A stretch of DNA of 64,000 bases. It comes from Anolis carolinensis. Its lineage: Eukaryota. Below are positions 12,688 through 25,078 of the stretch, one piece after another. Position numbers and translations under genes: made by a program. The notes beneath the pieces are model-generated. The model was given only the letters and a program-made list of their open reading frames with translations, did not search any database and was not told the origin of the DNA. Location of the stretch: contig NW_026943820.1 of the NCBI RefSeq assembly GCF_035594765.1, positions 29,830,647-29,894,646 on the forward strand. The letters are read 5' to 3'. How positions within the stretch are numbered: position 1 is the stretch's first letter; each line of letters starts with the position of its first letter.

Positions 12688-15600
12688 CATCAGGGGCTGA
12701 AACCAACATGGATAGGGACGCATTGTGCAGAACTCGGAAGCCGGAGGATTGCGGAAGAGCCACTTGCAAGTCTCGCTGGAGGCCAAATGGAAGTAGAGAA
12801 GGGCTTTGCCACGCTCTCAAGTGGACTCCATTCATTTCACTAAGGAAGCGCAAAAAAAAAAAAAAAACTAAACCCAACAACAATGTTTGAGCAAATCAGA
12901 ACAAATTTTCTCTTTCCCGAAGCCTGGAGTGGTTGCCTTTCATCGACTAGGAAGCAACCGAAGATTCTGTAGAGAACAGCTATTCCACCAGTGACTTTCT
13001 GGCACTTTCTCCCAATTCGAGAACGATGCGGAGGTTTTGCTATTTCTGGACCGCGGTCACGCATCCTGGAAGCATTTGCCTCCCTCCTCTGCCCTCGAGC
13101 CAGCTTTTGGTCTCCTGAACTGAAGGCCGCTCCGTGCTTACGTCCTGCAACGTTTTTGTAACCTCAAGTGCCAAGCTGATTGCTCTTTTCTTTGTGGGAG
13201 TGAGGGTTGAATGGAGCGAACACATTTCTGTATGCAAAGCACCCCCAAACCCCTTTCTGTCCTCGTTCCATGGGGAAAGGAATTGCGAATGAATCATGTT
13301 CTTGCCAGAGTGAAGTGCTTTGATGGACTTTAATTCTTCCCTGTTGCAGATTGTCGCCATTGAACAAATCATGTCAGGCTGTGCTTTCTGACACAAAATT
13401 AAAATCCTTCTCTTTCTGCTCGTGCTGTGCTTAGACTGAGAGAAATACCAGTTTCTCTTTTCCTACCTCAAATGCACAGATTGGATTGGAAATGCAGTCC
13501 CACTGAATCCTTCAGACAAAGGAAGAGTGGAATGTAATCTCGTCCATGCCGCCATGATGACTCTCGGTGTTCTGGGATGCTTTCTGAATGTCAAGGCCCT
13601 TGTTGTGGGGCTAAGCAGGATCCCTGAGAGAGATTTCGGACCCTTGGCCTGTCCTGTAAGTATTGTGATGACCCCTCGTCTTAATCCCAGATGATGGAAG
13701 GATTTATTACAGGAATGCTGACTTGTTCTCCTGGCCAAGCTTTCCACCGAGGGCTTGGCTTGCTTTGAGCTCTCTCTCCTCCACACAAGTGCCTGGGCTG
13801 TTTGCCCGCCTCCAAGGACCACTTTCAAGACCCTCGCCAGCCCTTTTTTCCCTTCCTCACATCCCGCCATGTGCAGATGCCTGACTTGTGCTGTGGAAAT
13901 CCAGAAATCCTGCCTCTATGTCCCTGAGGGTTTCATTCAACCACCAAGGAAATAAGACCTGATGTAAACAATGGGTGGTCTAAACCTTCTCACCATCTCC
14001 AATTTGGTTCACATTTTAGCTGTAGAGCCAGTCAAATGTTCAACTAAGTATCCCAAAATGTGAGGTCTCTGACTGCAGTAGTTGCTGATCTAGAGGCCCA
14101 GATCTGAAGGGTAGTCCGTCACCGTGACAAAATGCCATTTTAGGGTCTAATTGAAACTAAATGTAGAAGAATGGCTAGGACATTGAAATCCCATCCAGTT
14201 TTTTTCTGCCCATTCCAATGAAATTAATTTTAACATTATGGGTGCAAAATCCAGTCAAACAAGTTGACTCCCAAGTCTGCATCAACATTTCCTTTTTGTG
14301 CAGCATCCCCATGCCGTCAAGGAACTGGCTGTTTCCAAACAGCAAATGGCCCAAAAACGGCTCACTATGTATGGCTGCAAGTGAGTTATAAAGAGGTTGC
14401 TGCTTATGTGCAACTGTCAGGATCAATAACCAGAGATCTTAATCATGGCCCCTTTTCCCCCCAATGACTTGAGTGAGTGTGGCTTTGTGTTTCCAGGTTT
14501 GCAGTGCACTTTATCGCTGTCGTTTCCCACTTTTGGTATCCCAAATGTGGAGCGGTTCTCTTCTTTCCACCACTTTAATTTTAAGCTCTGATTTCCATTT
14601 TGTAATCACCAATGCTTGGAGAAAGGGTCCTTCTCTTCCCTTTTCCTCCAGACTTTTATATAATCTGATTATTTAGCTGTTTGGAATCCCAATGTCAGTG
14701 GGTATGAATGGAATTGGAGGGCCAAGTTGCTAGTCCTCATGAATGATGTCAAAAAGACAAGGAAGTGGCACTCTTGGTTAAACTTTGTGGCGCTTCCTGC
14801 AGACCCACTTTTTCCACTGATCCCATTGCAACCAGCAGACAGTCAGATCCTTTCACCATGGTGTAGAAGGAGGTGTTGGTGCAAGTCTGAATTCTTTTGT
14901 CTGTTCTAATAATATTGTCTCAATCTGTTCACTAGCTTTTTGGGTATCTGGATCTTTATGGATTATCATAACTTTTTTCTTTTGGCAGCATCTGAAACAA
15001 TATTTTCTTACACATAAATAAAATACAAGGTATACAAATCAATAAGCACAAAATCAAAATCATAGAAGATCCGCTAATAAAAGTCTAACAAATAAAGACT
15101 TTAGCCATCCAAAATTGGGCAACCACGAGGTTAACCAACTATACCAGTTGCGATCACTGGGGGTATATGAACCAACACCACCTTCTGCACCAACCAAATT
15201 CATAAGGGGTAAACTATACATTCCAGTGGCTCCCTTTTGTGATGATGGTGGTGGTATTTTCTGCTGTTGTAAACTCCATCTTTCAGGGCAGGACGCCCTT
15301 CTCTGGAGTCGGTCTGTGCGAGGACTGTGACGCTGAGCCCCGCTTGTGAGCAAAGGCACTCTCGTTGTCATTTCTGAACTGAAGGAAGTATTGAACAAAT
15401 GTGAATCTATATCTCTGTCAGGGAGAACAAAAGTACTAATAACTAGTTTTTATTTTTCTACTGACACTTTTGATTTGAGCATTGGTATTTTAGCTAATAA
15501 AATCCCTACCGATCCTTGTGACCTGATGGTTGTGTGTCTTCTTTTGCGACTGGAATGCGCTATATGGCTTTCACTGGGAACTTCTGACGTGGAAAAGATT

Positions 15601-17183
15601 GTGATCTTCTTAGCTAGTAGACCCAATGGTATAGATATCTATACACATAATAAAAGTGACAATCTGTATGTATATGTGGCGGGGTGTTCACCTACACAGC
15701 CAAGTTCCTGACTCCACAAACAGCTATAGCTCCCACTAATGAAACATCAATGGCCCTCCCTCCAATGACATTGCATTGCAGGTTATGGCGAGCGCCGTGA
15801 ACATGTCCATTACTAATAATATAATATATTGTAAATAAAATATTGTAAATACATATAATATTGATAATATAATGTAATACAATATAATAATAATACACTA
15901 TTTTAATTTATTTACATGTAATATTACTAATAATATTGCAGCATAGTGGTATAGTACAATATAGCAATATATAATGCTAATATTGTGCTATGCTAATAAT
16001 ATATTGTATGTACATATAATTTGTAAGCCACCCTGAGTCCCTTTCGGGGTGAGAAGGATGGGATATACATGTCGCAAATAATAAATAAACATACAAATGG
16101 ACAGGCACAAAAACGGAAGGTTTTGCCTTTATTTTCTTTGCTTTGTTACAATGGTAGCAAATGGTTTTCTTGTTTGTGGAGCAATGAATCCACCTTAGAC
16201 TTTAACCTAAACGTTTAAGCTGCTCATCTGTTTCGGGAGGAAAGGATTCAAGTCTTGTCGGGATGTAATTGTGAGAGCAGCAACATACAATGTTAGCAAT
16301 TTCCTTTCCCTATGTGAGAAAGTCTTTGAAAACCATTCACAATCAGGACTTGCTCAACAAACTTTGCATTTGGGTTGTGGGAGTGGGTTTATTTATTTTT
16401 GCACAGAAAACTGTTTGATTCCCACAAATGTTATTTTTGGATTGCTGTGAGTTTTTGGGCTATATATAGCCATGTTGCAGTAGCATTTTCTCTGGTCATT
16501 TCGCCTGCATCTGTGGCAAGCATCCTCAGAGGTTTGTCCAGAGGTCGATGGGAATGAGGCAAGTGGGGTATATGTTCAGCGTGGGAGAAAGAACTCTTGT
16601 CTGTTTGAGGCATGTGTGAATGTTGCAATGAATCACCTTGATTAGCATTGAGTAGCCTTGCAGCTGCAAAGTATTATTTTGGTGCAGAAAGCGCCATATT
16701 TAGGGATCATTCATCAAGTGTCCTGCTCACAGGACAGTCAATAAGGAACAACATTCAGAAGATAGGCGAAATCTAGACATGAATCAATCAGGGCCAGTTA
16801 ACACCTCCCAACAAAGGATTCCCCCTGGCAGGAAACAGCCAGGCTTTGCAGCTGCAAGGCCATTCAACGCTAATCAAGGTGGCCAATTGCAAAATGCACA
16901 CTAGTCTCCAACAGACAAGAGTTCTTTCATCCTCCCACCCTGGACATTATTCCACAGATATAGAAACCCCACTTGCCTAGTTTTTCCAACAGACCTCACA
17001 ACCTCAGAGGATGCCTGCCATAGATGTGGGCGAAACGTCAGGAGAGGATACCTCTGGAGCATGGCCAGGCAGCCCTGAAAACTCACAGCAACCCAATCAG
17101 AATGTTGCTTTCCCAAGTCATCCAGATGGATCCTTGTCTAGAAAATGCGGATCCTCTGGGCGGTTGTGCCGCGTGATCCGCTT

Positions 17184-18222
17184 TCACCAGGGCACCACCC
17201 GCCCTTCCCAGTCCACCACGCGCCCGTTCTGCTCCTCGGAGAGGCCGGAGAGCACGCGCAGGATCCCAGCCACGCTGTCCTTCACCTCCAGAGCAGCCTG
17301 CGGAGGAAACAAAACACAGGCCGGCGTTAGAAAACAGGAAGGATCTGCTGCAAGGAGATGGGATCTGCTATGTATATTGCTTGAATAGCAAGGAAAAAGT
17401 GGGCGTTAGGAACAATATCATACGGAACGTGACGGGCACAACCTGGGGATCACAACCAGACACAGTGAAGACACCTGCCCTTGCGCTTGGCCACTCTGCG
17501 GCTGAAAACACATGCCCAGTGTGGAACACATCTCACCACGTTAAAAGAATGGATGTGGATCTTAATGAGACCATAAGATCTTAATGCTTTGAATGTGATT
17601 TCCTGCTTCTTGGCAGAATGGGGTTGGACTGGATGGCCCATGAGGTCTCTTCCAACTCTACGATTCTATGATTCTATGAGACATGCCGCATTATCACAGG
17701 ATGTCTATGTCCAACACCACTGGAGAAATTATACTGTTTGGCCAGTATTGCACCACCTGACATTCACCAGGAAGTAACAGCTAGCAATGAAAGGACCAAA
17801 GCAATGACATTTCTGGACCATCTGGATATTAACCAAACTGCCAATGCCTGAAATCAAGAAACTGTTTTCTAAGATCTACAGAGATACTGGCAGTAACACC
17901 TCAGCAAGCAAGAGTCCAAAAGTGGCAGCCTAAAACCCAGAAACTCAATCAGTGACTGCAACCATCTATTTACTTTATCTATTTACGAATTTGTTACGCA
18001 TAATGTGCACCTTGCTTATCCACTATTGCAACCTCATTGTTTTTAATCTGATGTTTTAATTCTGTGTTGTTGTTGTTGTTTTTTCACCTATTGTGTATAT
18101 TTTATTATTGGTTTTGTTTTTGTCCTTTGATGTTTTATATTTTATCATTGCTTGTATTTTGATTTTGCTGTAAGCCGCCCCGAGTCCCCTTCGGGGGTGA
18201 TGGAGGCGGGATATAAATAAAC

Positions 18223-18287
<65 letters not shown>

Positions 18288-21200
18288 CAGATGAGAAATT
18301 TCCCACAGAAGATTGGGCGACTTGGAAGGCACTCTGGCACCACGAGATGCAGAGCCAACCTTGGGAAATGGGTCCACAAAGTGGAGTCCAAGTGGAGAAG
18401 AGCAAGCCACAGACCACCGACTACAATGTGGCCTGAGCCCTGCCACGTGCACTATGGAGGACCTTCTTAAGAGCAACACCAGAGGTTCCAAGTGGCCAGA
18501 TTCTGGTCAAAGGACATTTAGTATCATACCAAGTTTTTAACTTTGTGTTTTTAAATACATTATAACTGTATCCTCAATTCAGTGCTGACACGATAAATAA
18601 ATCTATATATGATCTATTAACTATCATCTTCTCTGTCCTGTATTTACTACCTACTATGTGTCTCTAATCTATGCCTTCTGTTTCATCTATCTGTTCATCT
18701 ATAATAGAAACAGACCCACCCGCTGCTACTGGCCCCAGTGGGAAACCTGTTAGTGGGTCGTACCTTGTCTGTGCCGAGGTCCGTTTTCACCCACCCGGGG
18801 TGGATTGCCACGCACAGGATGCCCTTGTCCTTGTACTCCAGGGCCTGGCACTGCGTGAGCATGTTCAGCGCTCTCTGGAGAGACAAACAGAAGGAGGGAC
18901 ATATGGATGGACACATGGACACATTGTTCCGTATGCCGGCTCCCTGGCCGCCTGGCCTTCCTGCCACAGAGCGCATTCCCTTCTCGCCCGCTTACTTTGC
19001 TGCAGCGGTAGGCAATGACGGGGAAGGTGCCCATGTGCGGAGCGTTGCCGATGGAGCCGCCGATGGTGGAGAAGTTGATCACGGCAGGTCTGCAACCGCC
19101 CGGGCCCTTCCCGCTGGTTGTCTTCGCGGCCGCAATCAGCATCGGGAGGAAAGCCTGCGGAGAAGCACAGGCGCCGTGAGCATAGTCAGGACTGGAGGTA
19201 AGGCAGTGAGATTTATTTATGTGCAAGATCTTGCAACCTCTGAACTATTGCAAAATGTGCTGCAAGGGGTCCCTCCTACGTTTTTGCAGTTTCATAAACT
19301 TTCCCCATGTTTTGACGCTCTAACCGAGGGGTCCCCAAACTAAGGCTTGCCCAAAGTCTGAAATAACTTGAAGGCACCATAACAACAACAATCCTACTTA
19401 ACTTGACTATCTCATTGGCCAGAAGCAGACCCACACTTCCCATTGAAATCCTGATAGGTTTATATTGCTTAAAATTGTTTTTATTTTTAAATATTGTATT
19501 GTTCCTTCATTTACTAATATTGTGCTATGGTAATAATATAATATATTGTGTATACATATAATATTGATACCCACACTTCCCATTGAAATCCTGATAGGTT
19601 TATATTGGTTAAAATTGTTTTTATTTTTAAATATTGTATTGTTCCTTCATTTACTAATATTGTGCTATGGTAATAATATAATATATTGTGTATACATATA
19701 ATATTGATACCCACACTTCCCATTGAAATCCTGATAGGTTTATATTGGTTAAAATTGTTTTTATTTTTAAATATTGTATTGTTCCTTCATTTACTAATAT
19801 TGTGCTATGGTAATAATATAATATATTGTGTATACATATAATATTGATAATAATATTATAATGTAATACAATATAATATTTATTTATTTATTACAGTACA
19901 GGGGACTCTGCGCGGCTAATAATAATAATGCAATGTAATAATATTGTATAATAATATTAATTATATATTATATATTAAATGTAATCTTACTAATAATATT
20001 ACGGTATAATGGTATAGTACAATATAGTAATACATAATGCTAATATTGTGCTATGCTAATAATATAATATATTGTATGTACATACAACTTGTAAGCTGCT
20101 CTGAGTCTCCTGTGGGGTGAGAAAGGGTGGAGTATAAATGTAGCAAATAAATAAATAAATAATTGTTGTTGGGGGTTTTTTTTGCACTACAAATAAGACA
20201 TGTGCAGTGGTGTGCATAGAAATTTGTTCGTTTTTTTTTCCAAGTGATAATTCGGCCCCTCAGCAATCTGAGGGACCATGAACCGGCCCTCCACTTTAAA
20301 CGTTTGAGGACCCCTGCTCTAACCAATTTGGAAATGCCCTTGTGTCGCATGGGGCTACCTTGGTGATCATCATGGGCCCGACCACGTTGGTGTGGAAGAC
20401 GCTGAGCATGTCGTCCTGGGTGACGGACTCGAGGGTGCTGGGCGGCATGATGCCGGCGTTGTTGATCAGGAGCGTCAGGCCCTTCCCGGCCAGGTGGGCC
20501 TCGGCTTCTTGGGCGGCGGCCTCGATGCTCCCTTCGTCCGTGGATTCTGTAAAGGTGCATGGGATGTATTACGAGAGGGATTCATCATCACACCTTTTTA
20601 CGGTCCAAAGATCCATCTGCTGGGAGGGGTTTGACTGTGTTTCCTTGCAGAAAGGGGTTGGACTGGATGACCCTTGGGAGTCCCTTCCAACTCTAGGATT
20701 CTGTGACTTCCAGCACAATGGATAAAAAGCTTTGCTTTGCACAGAACAGCTTAGGATGCATCTAGGTAGTAGAATGGATAAGGATTGGCTCCACTCTTAA
20801 CTGCCAATGATTCCACGCTATGGAATCCTGGGAGTTGTAGTTTGTTGGGGCCCCAGAAGGATCCTGTAGAATGGAAAGGGTTGCTTCTAAAAGGACAGTA
20901 TCAGAGAAGGCTTTGCTGTGGGGACGAAGGATAGGAGACCTGAAACTCACCTTTAAGCTTGACTTACCATAAGCAAAAGGGAATAATAACACAACTTTAG
21001 AAATGCGTGGGCATGTACATTCTTTTGTGTTTGTGGTTTGCGAAGGGAGGAGCCCTGCAAAGGCACACCTGCGCATCTCACAGAGACAGGGTTCGGTCCC
21101 TTTTGTGCTCTTAATCTGCGCCTTTCAGCCACGTCTACCCAACAAGGGACAGGCCTGGGCTTGGAAGCTGCCTTTTACATTTCTTGGAGAAACACCAGCA

Positions 21201-23881
21201 TTATGCAACCAATGATATTACCCAAAGGTTGAGAGAGTCAGAAACACTGGGGTGTCTGTGGTGGAGGAAAAACAGAAAATCTAGGCTGAAATTGTCCCCT
21301 TGTGAAAGCCTTCACCTGGGTGGTGAGCAGGATGTGTTGGTGGAGGACATGGACAGGGCTCTTGGGCATGTTCACGGCACTCACTATAACTGGGATGTCT
21401 GTGGTGGAGGAAAAACAGAAAATCTAGGCTGAAATTGTCCCCTTGTGAAAGCCTTCACTTGGGTGGTGAGCAGGATGTGTTGGTGGAGGACATGGACAGG
21501 GCTCTTGGGCATGTTCACGGCACTCACTATAACTGGGATGTCTGTGGTGGAGGAAAAACAGAAAATCTAGGCTGAAACTGCCTTCCCTTGGGTGGTGGGC
21601 AGTGTGGTGTTTGTGGAGGACACTGGCAGGGCTCTTGGGCATGTTCACGGCACTCACTATAACTGGGATGTCTGTGGTGGAGGAAAAACAGAAAATCTAG
21701 GCTGAAACTGCCTTCCCTTGGGTGGTGGGCAGTGTGGTGTTTGTGGAGGACACTGGCAGGGCTCTTGGGCATGTTCACGGCTCTTTCTATAATTGCAATG
21801 TCATTGGAGGAGGGCCATTGGTGTCTCCTGAGTAATGGGACCTATGGCTGTTCGTGGGAGCCTGTCTGTGTACGCGCACACCCTGCCACATGCACACATA
21901 CATATGCATTTTCACCTTTTTTATGTGTGAAAAAATAAACTCAAGGGATCCTCCTTGGCTCCTGCTTTGCCTCTGTTTGTTTTGAATGCCCCACAGCCTA
22001 TTCCAAAAGAGCAGCGCTAATGAGGGCGAGGTCCCGGGCGCTGAGTGCAAATCATGCGCTCCGACAGGCACATGTAACGCATGGCCATGCATCCCTCCTT
22101 CTGTCAACCCACCGTCCAAGGAAACAAGCAATGGGCCCAGTGCAAAAACAAGGGTCCAAACACCCTTTCTGCAGGGAAAAAGGAAAGGTTTGTGCACATA
22201 CCGAGTTGCAAGATCACCAGGTTGGGATGCTTCGAAGCCAGTTTTTTCAGTTCCTAGAATCAGGATTAAAAAAGAGAGTCTGCATTATAAGACGCACACA
22301 TTCAAAGCTGCCTGGATTCCATCCTTACTGAAGAAAGAAAAATACAATTCTGAAACAGGATTCTAGTTTTTCAGTTAATCTCAACCCATTCAACCTAGTT
22401 TGTGGCAGCTGCAAAAACGAAGTTCCTGGAGAATAGCAACTACAGTAGAGTCTCACTTATCCAAGCCTCTCTTATCCAAGTTTCTGGATTATCCAAGCCA
22501 TTTTTGTAGTCAATGTTTTCAATATATCATGATATTTTGGTGCTAAATTCATAAATACGGTAATTACAACATAACATTACTGCGTATTGAATTACTTTTT
22601 CTGTCAAATTTGTTGTATAACATGATGTTTTGGTGCTTAATTCGTAAAATCATAACCTAATCTGATTATCTTTTGGCAGACCAAGACCCCAAAATTACTG
22701 CCAAAGTTGCTAGCTTTTGTGCAGCAGCGATAACTTGTCGGTGTAAGATGTTGCCACAGTTTTAGAAGATTTTAATATTTACTTCAGCATTTACCTTTGT
22801 CATTTTAGCATATAAATGTTTTATGTCATTTAACTACCTCATTCAATACTGTGTTTTAACCTTGTTCTTCACTGTGTTTCTTAATACAGTAGAGTCTCAC
22901 TTATCCAACACTCGCTTATCCAACGTTCTGGATTATCCAAGCCATTTTTATAGTCAATGTTTTCAATATATCGTGATATTTTGGTGCTAAATTCGTAAAT
23001 ACAGTGATTACTACATAGCATTACTGCGTATTGAACTACTTTTTCTGCCAAATTTGTTGTCTAACATGATGTTTTGGTGCTTCATTTGTAAAATCATAAA
23101 CTAATTTGATGTTTAATAGGCTTTTCCTTAATGCCTCCTTATTATCCAAGCTATTCGCTTATCCAACATTCTGCCGGCCCGTTTATGTTGGATAAGTGAG
23201 ACTCTACTGTATCTAATTGTATACGTTTCAACGCTATTCTGATGCTTGTACATTTTCTGTTGCTGGTCATTGACTGTAATAAATAAATAAATAAATAAAT
23301 ATATAATTTGATGTTTGATAGGCTTTTCCTTAATCCCTCCTTATTATCCAAGATATTCACTTATCCAAGCTTCTGCCGGCCCGTTTAGCTTGGATAAGTG
23401 AGACTCTACTGTACTTTCCAAGTAAGGACAGCACAACGAAACAGGAAATAGCACTTTCAAATCAGGAGCAGATGTTCAATGTGTTGTCGAAGGCTTTCAT
23501 GGCCGGGATCACAGGGTTGTTGTATGTCTTTCGGGCTGTGTGGCCATGTTCCAGAAGCATTCTCTCCTGACGTTTCGCCCACATCTATGGCAGGCATCCT
23601 CAGAGGTTGTGAGGTAACCCAGGAGCAGATGTTGTTACTTGGTGCTATTTAGTGATTCCTCCCCACTCTCGGCCGCCCTGCTGCACCTCCCAAGCCAAGG
23701 CCTCTCTCTCTCCTTGGACTCCTTCGGTCCTCACCTGGGCTCCGCTTCCTTGGGGGTCCCGGCACGTGGCAAAGAGCTTTTGAGGGGGCTTGGGTTGTCC
23801 CAGAAGCTGCTTCACCAGTTCCAAGCCGATGCCCCGGTTGGCTCCGGTCACCAAGACGCTGCAAAAGTTGCACCCCGACAT
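17184..23881 (-). CDS. C-factor (CsgA)/sniffer-like classical short-chain dehydrogenase/reductase, 256 aa
   Basis: Exons 23881-23735, 22253-22202, 20546-20359, 19154-18996, 18874-18764, 17297-17184, in frame; motifs VTGANRGIG, NNAG, YRCSK, HPGWVKTD, C-terminal DWEGRVVPW. Confidence 0.92.
17378..18600 (+). mobile_element. Vingi (Ingi-group) LINE fragments, interrupted by CR1 and L2-type tails
   Basis: KVGVRNNIIRNVTGTTWGSQPDTVKTPALAL..CPVW..VDLNET peptide; 3' end CTGACACGATAAATAAA. Confidence 0.7.
19327..20316. mobile_element. hAT MITE with internal 140-bp triplication (19431-19850)
   Basis: Termini (C)AGGGGTCCCCAAACT / TTTGAGGACCCCTG; three 140-bp units starting at 19431, 19571, 19711. Confidence 0.75.
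21248..21792. repeat. Tandem repeat, four units of 130-143 bp
   Basis: Units start at 21248, 21390, 21533, 21663. Confidence 0.92.
22887..23209. mobile_element. Tc1/mariner-pogo type MITE
   Basis: TIRs plus TA TSD; truncated sister copies at ~22443-22665 and ~23300-23411. Confidence 0.85.
23477..23619 (-). mobile_element. Short Penelope pseudo-LTR insertion
   Basis: Flanked by the 14-bp direct repeat CAGGAGCAGATGTT (23463-23476 and 23620-23633). Confidence 0.8.
23566..23606 (-). ncRNA. Minimal type I hammerhead ribozyme motif (Penelope-associated)
   Basis: Minus strand CCU-CUGAGGA-UGCCUGC-CAUAGAU-GUGGGC-GAAAC-GUC-AGG. Confidence 0.7.
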
Positions 23882-24504
23882 GGCGGCCGAGAATGCGTCC
23901 TCTTCTTCTCGCTTGGCAGCTCAGAACCGGAGACGGAGGGCTCTCTGCCTTGCCGGTTCCCACCGATTTGGAGCAGAAAGAGGAGGAGACAGAAGTGGGA
24001 GTGCACTCCAGAAAGCCCCGAGTGAGTCATGGCACGCTGGAAACGTGCGTGCCCGGGAAAACAAAACAGACAAGCACGCAAAGCCTGGCCCGAAGGAAGG
24101 AAGGAAGGAAGGGCCTGTGAGCCCAAGACACTCGGCATATTGGCCTCGCTCTGCTTGGCAGGCCGTGGTGTGCCTTCAAGTCCTTTGGGAACGGTGATAA
24201 CCCAATCCCAGGATCTTCTTGTACAGGGATAAGACTCTGATTCCACTTGGCAGCATTCGGAATTAAAACCTATGTGGTTCAATGTGTTGTCGAAGGCTTT
24301 CATGGCCGAGATCACAGGGTTGTTGTGTGTTTTCCGGGCTGTATGGCCATGTTCCAGAAGCATTCTCTCGTGACGTTTCGCCCACATCAAAAATCAGAAC
24401 AGTAAATAAGAAGCAACACTTTGAAAACAGAGGAGTTCCAGACATGGATCAACCAGGGGCAGCTAACAACTCTGAACAAAGGAGGCCCCCAGGCAGGAAG
24501 AAGG

Positions 24505-24887
24505 TGTCAGTGTAATTTGCAGCGCAGCAGTAGATGGAGTCGGTGGAACGCAGAACAAAGTGACATCAGAGACGATGGTAAAACTATATACAAAGTTTTA
24601 CTGAAAGCAGTAATAAAGACAAAACAGACTTGCAGACAATGGACACAGGACTTGACTTCTCAGCAGACAGCAGAACAGAACAGAACAGAACTGATGCAAT
24701 CAGTAATGCATACACACTTGTGTCTGGACACTCCCCAGTTCCAGCCACACATCAAGGTCAACACAGCTTCTCAGTAATTAACTCTTTCTAGACTATAGTA
24801 CACTCTGGATGATGCAATCAGTATGCAATACAAACCAAGACACAAATTGCATTTAAACACTATCAATACACAAATCCCACATTAACA
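24505..24887. mobile_element. Solo LTR (383 bp) nested in Penelope
   Basis: TG...CA termini with perfect 5-bp TSD GAAGG (24500-24504, 24888-24892). Confidence 0.8.
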
Positions 24888-25037
24888 GAAGGCAGGTGAT
24901 GAAGCTATTCAATGCTAATTAAGGTGATAAATTACAACATTCACGCTGGCCTCCAACTGTCAAGAGTTCTTCTGTCACCCTGGACTTTCCACAGATATAT
25001 ATCAACCTTCCTTGCTTAGTTTCTCCATGCCTCACAA

Positions 25038-25078
25038 CCTCTGAGGATGCCTGCCATAGATGTGGGCGAAACGTCAGG
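25038..25078 (+). ncRNA. Minimal type I hammerhead ribozyme motif (Penelope-associated)
   Basis: CCTCTGAGGATGCCTGCCATAGATGTGGGCGAAACGTCAGG. Confidence 0.7.

Noticed and set aside
21378-21390. ACTCACTATA resembling a T7 promoter
   Set aside because: Only a 10-nt partial match inside a genomic tandem unit; no vector context
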